The notes beneath the pieces were generated by a model, which was not told the DNA's origin, did not search any database, and worked only from the letters and a program-made list of their open reading frames with translations. From the NCBI RefSeq assembly GCF_964204645.1, contig NC_134032.1, forward strand, positions 14,186,275 to 14,250,274: a DNA stretch of 64,000 nt, read 5' to 3'. Below are positions 54,201 to 64,000 of this stretch, one piece after another; position 1 is the first letter of the stretch; each line of letters starts with the position of its first letter. The translations under genes were made by a program, and so were the position numbers. The DNA is from Tubulanus polymorphus. Taxonomy: Eukaryota; Animalia; Nemertea.

Positions 54201-56475
54201 CTGGGAAGTCTGAATTCTGATGTTGGTTCTGTGGATTTTCACCTGCGAAGTCTGAATGTTGGTACTGTGGTCATCCATCTGTGAAGTCTGGATGTTGGTT
54301 CTGTGGTAATTCATCTGTGAAGTCTGGATGTTGGATCTGTGGTCATCCATCTGTGGAGTCTGGAAGCTGCATCACCTAAAATATCATAAATACCTTGGAT
54401 TCTGGTGTGATAGAGTTGGATGTTGGTTCTCTGGTAATTCATCTGTTGAATCTGAATGTTGGAACTGTGGTCATCCATCTGGGAAGTCTGGATGTTGGAT
54501 CTAAAGTAATTCATCTGCGGAGTCTGGATGTTGGTTCTGTGGTAATTCATCTGCAAAGTCTGGATATTGGTTCTGTGGTCTTCATTCTTTGAAGTCTGGA
54601 AGCTGCATCATCTAGAAGATCATAAATACCTTGGAGTCTGGTGTGGTAGTTTGATGTTGGTTCTGCGGTAATTCATCTGCGAAGTCTGGATGTTGGATCT
54701 GTGGTAATTCATTCTTTAAAGTCTGGAAGCTGCATCATCTAGAAGATCATAAATACCTTGGAGTCTGGTGTGATAGAGCTGGATGTTGGTTCTGTGGTAA
54801 TTAATCTGTTGAATCTGAATGTTGGTACTGTGGTCATCAATCTGGGAAGTCTGGATTCTGATGTTGGTTCTGTGGATTTTCACCTGCGAAGTCTGGATGT
54901 TGGATCTGTGGTTATTCATCTGTTGAATCTGAATGTTGGTACTGTGGTCAACTATCTGGGAAGTCTGAACGCTGGTTCTGTTGTAATTCATCTACGAAGT
55001 CTCGACGGTGGTTCTGTGGTCTTCATTCTTTGAAGTCTGGAAGCTGCATCACCTAGAAGATCATAAATACCTTGGAGTCTGATGTGGTAGTTTGATGTTG
55101 GATCTGTGGTAATTCATCTGTGAAGTCTGGATGTTGGTTTTGTGGTAATTCATCTGTGAAGTCTGGATGTTGGATCTGTGGTCATCCATCTGTGGAGTCT
55201 GGAAGCTGCATCACCTAAAATATCATAAATACCTTGGATTCTGGTGTGATAGAGCTGGATGTTGGTTCTGTGGTAATTCATCTGTTGAATCTAAATGTTG
55301 GTTCTGTGGTCATCCATCTGGGAAGTCTGGATTCTGATGTTGGTTCTGTGGATTTTCACCTGCAAAGTCTGGATGTTGGATCTGTGGTAATTCATTCTTT
55401 GAAGTCTGGAAACTGTATCACCTAGAAGATCATAAATATCTTGGAGTCTGGTGAGGTAGTTTGATGTTGGATCTGTGGTAATTCATCTGTGAAGTCTGGA
55501 TGTTGGATCTGTGGTTATTCATCTGTGGAGTCTGGAAGCTGCATCACCTAAAATATCATAAATACCTTGGATTCTGGTGTGATAGAGCTGGATGTTGGTT
55601 CTGTGGTCATCGATCTGTGAAGTCTGTATGTTGGATCTATAGTAATTCATCTGCGGAGTCTGGAAGCTGCATCACCTAAAACATGATAAATACCTTGGAT
55701 TCTGCTGGTGTGGTAGAATTTGATGTTGGTATTGTGGTCATCCATCTGGGAAGTCTGGATTGTTGATTCTGATGTTGGTTCTGTGGGTATTCATCTGGGA
55801 AGTCTGAATGCTGGTTCTGTGGTAATTCATCTGCGAAGTCTGGACGGTGGTTCTGTGGTCTTCACTCTGTGAAGTCTGGATGTTGGATCAGTGGTTATTC
55901 ATCTGTGAAGTCTGGATGTTGGTTCTGTGGTAATTCATCTGTGAAGTCTGGATGTTGGATCTGTGGTAATCTATCTGTCAGGTCTTGAAGCTGCATCACC
56001 TAAAACATGATAAACACCTTGGATTCTGCTGGTGTGGTAGAGTTTGAAGTTGGTTCTGTGGTAATTCATCTGTTGAATCTGAATGTTGAAACTGTTCTCA
56101 TCCATCTGGGAAATCTGGATTCTGATGTTGGTTCTGTGGATTTTCATCTGTGAAGTCTGGACGGTGGTTCTGTAGTCTTCATTCTTTGAAGTCGGGAAGC
56201 TGCATAACCTAGAAGATCATAAATACCTTGGAGTCTGGTGTGGTAGTTTGATGTTGGTTTTGTGGTAATTCATCTGTTCAATCTGGATGTTGGAACTGTG
56301 GTCATCCATCTGGGAAGTCTGGATGCTGCATCACCTAAAACATAGTAAATACCTCCGATTCTGTTTGTGTGGTAGAGTCTGGATGTTGGATCTGTGGTAA
56401 TTCATCTGTTGAATCTAGCGTACTGACTGTGAAAATCCTTCTGTGAAGTCTGGATTCTGATTCTGTGGTAATTCC
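36225..56475. repeat. Complex satellite block 1: 36-bp monomer GATGTTGGTTCTGTGGTAATTCATCTGTGAAGTCTG with 54-59-bp linker variants; 1716-bp and 3750-bp higher-order repeats
   Basis: The monomer is visible throughout. Identical ORF-track peptides recur at 41151/42867/44583 (period 1716) and at 46146/49896/53646 and 46811/50561/54311 (period 3750). The edges are more diverged. Confidence 0.93.
37258..38298 (+). mobile_element. ~1 kb insertion into the satellite; Helitron-like 3' end; contains a tRNA-like segment
   Basis: Splits the linker GCATCACC|TAGAAGATC with no clear TSD. Ends with a GC-rich hairpin (CGCGTGGTGGCGCAACCGCGCG) ~17 nt before CTAG. The minus strand at ~37541-37605 has A-box/B-box-like TGGTCTACTGG...GGTTCGAATAC. 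Confidence 0.5.
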
Positions 56476-57108
56476 CTGTAAAATGTTTACATTTAAATAC
56501 AAAACATTAACACCACTTCTAGTTCATTGTCTCATTGGCCTTTGTTATCACATTGGAATCAAACAAGTTTTGAATTGAACAATCAACCTTACTTCAAATG
56601 ACAAATTCATATTGGCCTATTTCATCATTTAAGCCTTTCGGTACCCACCCACCATACTGAGCCAGAAATTCTTATTTTGGATGATTTTACTAAAACCTCA
56701 GGTATATTGATACTGTAAGTGTTATGAAAGGGGTACTGTACCCACAGTTGGGCACCATTGAAGAAAACATTTGGGTGACATGTGTGTTACATGACCTAAT
56801 TAATGCAATTTACATATTTTTCAGAAAAACCTCAAATAAAATTCGAATATCTTACCAATTGCTATACATAGCATGCTTTTCTATTCTGCCGTATGTTCTG
56901 ATGATTTTCTGAGGATCTGATGGTTAAATGTCCATAGTTATAAGAAATTTATGGCTGTTTTAGTGAAGCAAGGTATAGTCAGCCCAAATGCAGAAATTTA
57001 TCAATTAATATTGATCCACAAAATATATTTCGAAACGACTGTTCCTGCATAGTAGCTGAATTACTTACAATGTTTTGAGATAGATGGCGCATCGGCATTA
57101 TACAAATT
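56415..57108 (-). CDS. Putative last three coding exons of an unidentified minus-strand gene (57108-57069, 56916-56856, 56475-56415)
   Basis: ttttcatacag|40 nt|gtaagt; catcag|61 nt|gtaaga; ttttacag|61 nt to TAG. Phases 1 and 2 match, giving NLYNADAPSISKHYPQKIIRTYGRIEKHAMYSNWELPQNQNPDFTEGFSQSVR*. No homology recognised. Confidence 0.35.
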
Positions 57109-57118
57109 CTGTATGAAA

Positions 57119-57340
57119 ATGACAAATTCATATTGGCCTATTTTATCAGTTTGAACCAGAAATATCAACTTCACTCCAAATGACAAATTCATATTGGCCT
57201 ATCTTATCACTTTGAACCCAAACTATCAATTTCACTCCAAGTGACAAATTCATATTGGCCTATTTTATGAGTTTGTAATCAAACTATCAATTTTACTGAT
57301 CATGCGACAAATTGGCCTATCTTATCAGTTTGAACCAAAA
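57119..57340. repeat. 61-bp tandem repeat (~3.5 copies); an isolated partial copy at ~56597
   Basis: ATGACAAATTCATATTGGCCTAT.TTATCA.TTTGAACC recurs at 57119, 57180, 57241 and partially ~57305. Confidence 0.8.
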
Positions 57341-60300
57341 CATCCATCTGGGAAGTCTGGATTCTGAGTCTGATGTTGGTTCTGTGGTTTATCATCTGCG
57401 AAGTCTGGATGGTGGTTCTGTGATCTTCATTCTTTGAAGTCTGGAAGCTGCATCACCTAGAAGATCATAAATACCTTGGAGTCTGGTGTGGTAGTTTGAT
57501 GTTGGTTCTGTGGTAATTCATCTGTGAAGTCTGGATGTTGGTTCTGTGGTAATTCATCTGTGAAGTCTGGATGTTGGATCTGTGGTTATTCATCTCTGAA
57601 GTCTGGATGTTGGATCTGTGGTAATCCATCTGTCAGGTCTTGAAGCTGCATCACCTAAAACATGATAAATACCTTGGATTCTGCTGGAGTGGTAGAGTTT
57701 GATGTTGGTTCTGTGGTTATTCATCTGTTGAATCTGAATGTTGGTACTGTGGTCATCCATCTGGGAAGTCTGCTCTTGGTTCTGTGGTTATTCATCTGCG
57801 TAGTCTAGACAGTGGTTCTGTGGTCTTCATTGTTTGAAGTCTGGAAGCTGCATCACCTAAAATATTTTAAATACCTTGGAGTCTGGTGTGATAGAGCTGG
57901 ATGTTGGTTCTGTGGTTATTCATCTGTTGAATCAGAATGTTGGTACTGTGGTCATCGATCTGTGAAGTCTGTATGTTGGATCTATAGTAATTCATCCGCG
58001 GAGTCTGGATGTAGGATCTGTAGTAATAATTCATCTGTGAAGTCTGGATGTTGGATCTGTGGTTATTCATCTGCAAAGTCTGGATGTTGGTTCTGTGGTT
58101 ATTCATCTGCAAAGTCTGGATGTTGGTTCTGTGGTAATTCATCTGTGAAGTCTGGATGTTGGATCAATGGTAATCCATCTGTCAGGTCTTGAAGCTGCAT
58201 CACCTAAAACATGATAAATACCTTGGATTCTGCTGGAGTGGTAGAGTTTGATGTTGGTTCTGTGGTCATCGATCTGTGAAGTCTGGATGTTGGTTCTTTG
58301 GTAATTCATCTGTCAGGTCTTGAAGCTGCATCACCTAAAACATGATAAATACCTTGGATTCTGCTGATGTGGTAGAGTTTGATGTTGGTTGTGTGGTAAT
58401 TCATCTGTTGAATCTGAATGTTGGTACTGTGGTCATCCATCTGGGAAGTCTGGATTCTGATTCTGATGTTGGTTCTGAGGTTATTCATCTGCGAAGTCTG
58501 GATGCTGGTTCTGTGGTCTTCATTCTTTGAAGTCTGGAAGCTGCATCAACTAGAAGATCATAAATACCTGGAGTCTGGTGTGGTAGTTTGATGTTGGATC
58601 TGTGGTTATTCATCTGTGAAGTCTGGATGTTGGATCTGTGGTTATTCATCTGTGGAGTCGGGAAGCTGCATCACCTAAAATATCATAAATACCTTGGATT
58701 CTGGTGTGATAGAGCTGGATGTTGGTTCACTGGTAATTCATCTGTTGAATCTGAATGTTGGAACTGTGGTCATCCATCTGGGAAGTCTGGATGTTGGATC
58801 TAAAGTAATTCATCTGCGGAGTCTGGATGTTGGTTCTGTGGTAATTCATCTGCAAAGTCTGGATGTTGGTTCTGTGGTCTTCATTCTTTGAAGTCTGGAA
58901 GCTGCATCATCTAGAAGATCATAAATACCTTGGAGTCTGGTGTGGTAGTTTGATGTTGGTTCTGTGGTAATTCATCTGCGAAGTCTGGATGTTGGTTCTG
59001 TGGTCTTCATTCTTTGAAGTCTGGAAGCTGCATCATCTAGAAGATCATAAATACCTTGGAGTCTGGTGTAGTAGTTTGATGTTGGTTCTGTGGTAATTCA
59101 TCTGCGAAGTCTGGATGTTGGATCTGTGGTAATTCATCTGTGAAGTCTGGATGTTGGTTCTGTGGTAATTCATCTGTCAGGTCTTGAAGCTGCATCACCT
59201 AAAACATGATAAATTCCTTGGATTCTGCTGGTGTGGTTGAGTTTGATGTTGGTTCTGTGGTAATTCATCTGTTCAATCTGAATGTTGGAACTGTGGTCAT
59301 CCATCTGGGAAGTCTGGATGTTGGTTCTGTGGTTTTTCATCTGCGAAGTCTGGATGTTGGTTCTGTGGTAATTCATCTCTGAAGTCTGGATGTTGGTTCT
59401 GTGGTTTTTCATCTGCGAAGTCTGGATGTTGGTTCTGTGGTAATTCATCTCTGAAGTCTGGATGTTGGTTCTGTGGTAATTCATCTGTTGAAACTGAATG
59501 TTGGAACTGTGGTCATCGATCTGTGAAGTCTGTATGTTGGATCTATAGTAATTCATCTGTGGAGTCTGGAAGCTGCACCTAAAATATCATAAATACCTTG
59601 GATTCTGGTGTGATAGAGCTGGACGTTGGTTCTGTGGTTTTTCATCTGCAAAGTCTGGATGTTGGATCAATGGTAATCCATCTGTCAGGTCTTGAAGCTG
59701 CATCACCTAAAACATGATAAATACCTTGGATTCTGCTGATGTGGTAGGGTTTGATGTTGAATCTGTGGTAATTCATCTGTTGCATGTGAATGTTGGTACT
59801 GTGGTCATCCATCTGTGAAGTCTGGATGTTGGTTCTGTGGTTATTCATCTGGGAAGTATGAATGCTGGTTCTGTGGTAATTCATCTGCGAAGTCTGGACG
59901 GTGGTTCTGTGGTCTTCATTCTGTGAAGTCTGGATGGTGGTTCTGCGGTTTTTCATCTGCGAAGTCTGGATGTTGGATCTGTGGTAATTCATCTGTGAAG
60001 TCTGGATGTTGGTTCTTTGGTAATTCATCTGTCAGGTCTTGAAGCTGCATCACCTAAAACATGATAAATACCTTGGATTCTGCTGATGTGGTAGAGTTTG
60101 ATGTTGGTTGTGTGGTAATTCATCTGTTGAATCTAAATGTTGGTACTGTGGTCATCCATCTGGGAAGTCTGGATTCTGATTCTGATGTTGGTTCTGAGGT
60201 TATTCATCTGCGAAGTCTGGATGCTGATTCTGTGGTAATTCATCTGTGAAGTCTGGATGCTGGTTCTGTGGACTTCATTCTTTGAAGTCTGGAAGCTGCA

Positions 60301-63300
60301 TCACCTAGAAGATCATAAATACCTTGGAGTCTGGTGTGGTAGTTTGATGTTGGTTCTGTAGTAATTCATCTGTGAAGTCTGGATGTTGGTTCTGTGGTTA
60401 TTCATCTGTTGAATCAGAATGTTGGAACTGTGGTCATCGATCTGTGAAGTCTGTATGATGGATCTATAGTAATTCATCTGCGGAGTCTGGATGTAGGATC
60501 TGTAGTAATTCATCTGCGAAGTCTGGAAGCTGCATCACCTAAAACATGATAAATACCTTGGATTCTGCTGGTGTGGTATAGTTTGATGTTGGTTCTGTGG
60601 TAATTCATCTGTTGAATGTGAATGTTGGTACTGTGGTCATCCATCTGGGAAGTCTGGATTCTGATTCTGATGTTGGTTCTGTGGTTATTTATCTGGGAAG
60701 TCTGGATTCTGATTCTGATGTTGGTTCTGTGGTTATTCATCTGGGAAGTCTGGATGTTGGTTCTGATGTTGGTTCTGTGGTTATTCATCTCTGAAGTCTG
60801 GATGTTGGTTCTGTGGTTTTTCATCTGCGAAGTCTGGATGTTGGTTCTGTGGTAATTCATCTGTGAAGTCTGGATGTTGGATCTGTGGTCATCCATCTGT
60901 GGAGTCTGGAAGCTGCACCTAAAATATCATAAATACCTTGGATTCTGGTGTGATAGAGCTGGATGTTGGTTCTGTGGTAATTCATCTGTGAAGTCTGGAT
61001 GTTGGTTCTGTGGTTATTCATCTGTCAGGTCTTGAAGCTGCATCACCTAAAACATGATAACTACCTTGGATTCTGCTGGTGTGGTAGAATTTGATGTTGA
61101 ATCTGTGATAACTGATCTGTTGAATCTGAATGTTGGTTCTGTGGTCATCCATCTGGGAAGTCTGAATTCTGATGTTGGTTCTGTGGATTTTCACCTGCAA
61201 AGTCTGAATGTTGGTACTGTGGTCATCCATCTGGGAAGTCTGGATTGTTGGTTCTGATGTTGGTTCTGTGGTAATTCATCTGTGAAGTCTGGATGTTGGA
61301 TCTATGGTCATCCATCTGAGGAGTCTAGAAGCTGCACCTAAAATATCATAAATACCTTGGATTCTGGTGTGATAGAGCTGGATGTTGGTTCTGTGGTAAT
61401 TCATCTGTCAGGTCTTGAATTTGCATCACCTAAAACATGATAAATACCTTGGATTCTGCTGATGTGGTAGGGTTTGATGTTGAATCTGTGGTAATTCATC
61501 TGTTGCATGTGAATGTTGGTACTGTGGTCATCCATCTGTGAAGTCTGGATGTTGGTTCTGTGGTTATTCATCTGGGAAGTCTGGACGGTGGTTCTGTGCT
61601 CTTCATTCTGTGAAGTCTGGATGGTGGTTCGGTGGTTTTTCATCTGCAAAGTCTGGTTGTTAGATCTAATTCTGATGTTGGTTATGTGGTAATTCATCTG
61701 TCAGGTCTTGAAGCTGCATCACCTAAAACATGATAAATAGCTTGGATTCTGCTGATGTGGTAGAGTTTGATGTTGGTTGTGTGGTAATTCATCTGTTGAA
61801 TCTGAATGTTGGTACTGTGGTCATCCATCTGGGAAGTCTGGATTCTGATTCTGATGTTGGTTCTGAGGTTATTCATCTGCGAAGTCTGGATGCTGGTTCT
61901 GTGGTCTTCATTCTTCGAAGTCTGGAAGCTGCATCAACTAGAAGATCATAAATACCTTGGAGTCTGGTGTGGTAGTTTGATGTTGGATCTGTGGTTATTC
62001 ATCTGTGAAGTCTGGATGTTGGATCTGTGGTTATTCATCTGTGGAGTCGGGAAGCTGCATCACCTAAAATATCATAAATACCTTGGATTCTGGTGTGATA
62101 GAGCTGGATGTTGGTTCTGTGGTAATTCATCTGTTGAAACTGAATGTTGGAACTGTAGTGATTGATCTGTGAAGTCTGTATGTTGGATCTATAGTAATTC
62201 ATCCGTGGAGTCTGGAAGCTGCACCTAAAATATCATAAATACCTTGGATTCTGGTGTGATAGAGCTGGATGTTGGTTCTGTGGTAATTCATCTGTTGAAA
62301 CTGAATGTTGGGACTGTGGTCATCGATCTGTGAAGTCTGTATGTTGGATCTATAGTAATTCATCTGTGGAGTCTGGATGTTGGATCTATAGTAATTCATC
62401 TGCGGAGTCTGGATGTTGGATCTGTAGTAATTCATCTGCGGAGTCTTGAAGCTGCATCACCTAAAACATGATAAATACCTTGGATTCTGCTGATGTGGTA
62501 GGGTTTGATGTTGAATCTGTGGTAATTCATCTGTTGAATGTGAATGTTGGTACTGTGGTCATCCATCTGTGAAGTCTGGATGTTGGTTCTGTGGTTATTC
62601 TTCTGGGAAGTCTGAATGCTGGTTCTGTGGTAATTCATCTGCGAAGTCTGGACGGTGGTTCTGTGGTCTTCATTCTGTGAAGTCTGGATGTTCGATCTGT
62701 GGTTTTTCATCTGCAAAGTCTGGATGTTAGATCTGATTCTGATGTTGGTTCTGTGGTAATTCATCTGTCAGGTCTTGAAGCTGCATCACCTAAAACATGA
62801 TAAATACCTTGGATTCTGCTGGTGTGGTAGAATTTGATGTTGGATCTGTGGTAATTCATCTGTTGAATCTGAATGTTCGTTCTGTGGTCATCCATCTGGG
62901 AAATCTGGATTTGATGTTGGTTCTGTGGTTTTTTATCTGCGAAGTCTGGATGTTGGTTCTTTGGTAATTCATCTGTCAGGTCTTGAAGCTGCATCACCTA
63001 AAACATGATAAGTACCTTGGATTCTGCTGGTGTGGTAGAGTTTGATGTTGGTTCTGTGGTAATTCATCTGTTGAATCTGGATGTTGGTACTGTGGTCATC
63101 CATCTGGGAAGTCTGGATTCTGATTCTGATGTTGGTTCTGAGGTTATTCATCTGCGAAGTCTGGATGCTGGTTCTGTGGTCTTCATTCTTTGAAGTCGGG
63201 AAGCTGCATCATCTAGAAGATCATAAATACCTTGGAGTCTGGTGTGGTAGTTTGATGTTGGTTCTGTGGTAATTCATCTGCGAAGTCTGGATGTTGGTTC

Positions 63301-64000
63301 TGTGGTCTTCATTCTTTGAAGTCTGGAAGCTGCATCATCTAGAAGATCATAAATACCTTGGAGTCTGGTGTAGTAGTTTGATGTTGGTTCTGTGGTAATT
63401 CATCTGCGAAGTCTGGATGTTGGATCTGTGGTAATTCATCTGTGAAGTCTGGATGTTGGTTCTGTGGTAATTCATCTGTCAGGTCTTGAAGCTGCATCAC
63501 CTAAAACATGATAAATTCCTTGGATTCTGCTGGTGTGGTTGAGTTTGATGTTGGTTCTGTGGTAATTCATCTGTTCAATCTCAATGTTGGAACTGTGGTC
63601 ATCCATCTGGGAAGTCTGGATGTTGGTTCTGTGGTTTTTCATCTGCGAAGTCTGGATGTTGGTTCTGTGGTAATTCATCTCTGAAGTCTGGATGTTGGTT
63701 CTGTGGTTTTTCATCTGCGAAGTCTGGATGTTGGTTCTGTGGTAATTCATCTCTGAAGTCTGGATGTTGGTTCTGTGGTAATTCATCTGCGAAGTCTGGG
63801 CGGTGGTTCTGTGGTCTTCATTCTTTGTAGTCTGGAAGCTGCATCACCTAGAAGATCATAAATACCTTGGAGTCTGGTGTGATAGAGCTGGATGTTGGTT
63901 CTGTGGTAATTAATCTGTTGAATCTGAATGTTGGTACTGTGGTCATCAATCTGGGAAGTCTGGATTCTGATGTTGGTTCTGTGGATTTTCACCTGCGAAG
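57341..64000. repeat. Complex satellite block 2 (same 36-bp family, same orientation), runs off the window end
   Basis: Same monomer and linker variants as block 1; less regular higher-order structure. Confidence 0.93.

Noticed and set aside
36225-64000. One giant repetitive protein, or a selenoprotein/TGA-readthrough gene (e.g. SRLHR*ITTEPT, DVGSVVIHL*SL, or CxxC-rich KSGCWFCGNSSV frames)
   Set aside because: Linkers introduce TAA/TAG stops on the plus strand and 2-nt frameshifts on the minus strand, so no frame is continuous even if TGA is recoded; no SECIS was recognised.
36225-64000. CRISPR array suggested by the 36-bp repeat length
   Set aside because: Monomers are directly adjacent with no unique spacers.

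Overview
Eukaryotic, animal-type invertebrate genomic DNA with GT-AG introns, Pol III tRNA genes and many MITEs; the species cannot be determined from the sequence alone. Left to right: (1) tRNA-Leu(TAA) on the minus strand. (2) A complete 3-exon alpha-tubulin gene (451 aa, MREC start, K40, EEY tail) with a TATA box and an RFX X-box. (3) A ~12.3 kb tandem array of a 293-bp unit, made of a TIR-bearing MITE plus spacer, that has captured and co-amplified 3' ends of a non-LTR retrotransposon. (4) A 24-exon, ~1243-aa otoancorin/stereocilin/mesothelin-family gene (signal peptide, furin-like site, GPI-like tail), assembled by hand from splice sites, hosting an antisense intronic tRNA-Met and several MITEs. 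(5) Two palindromic elements with hammerhead-ribozyme-like cores (Penelope-type). (6) A >27 kb complex satellite built on a 36-bp monomer, with 1716-bp and 3750-bp higher-order repeats. It is interrupted by a ~1 kb Helitron-like insertion and by a unique island holding three phase-consistent minus-strand exons, the last of which is itself made of the satellite monomer. Most ORFs in the supplied track are artefacts of repeats or antisense reading.
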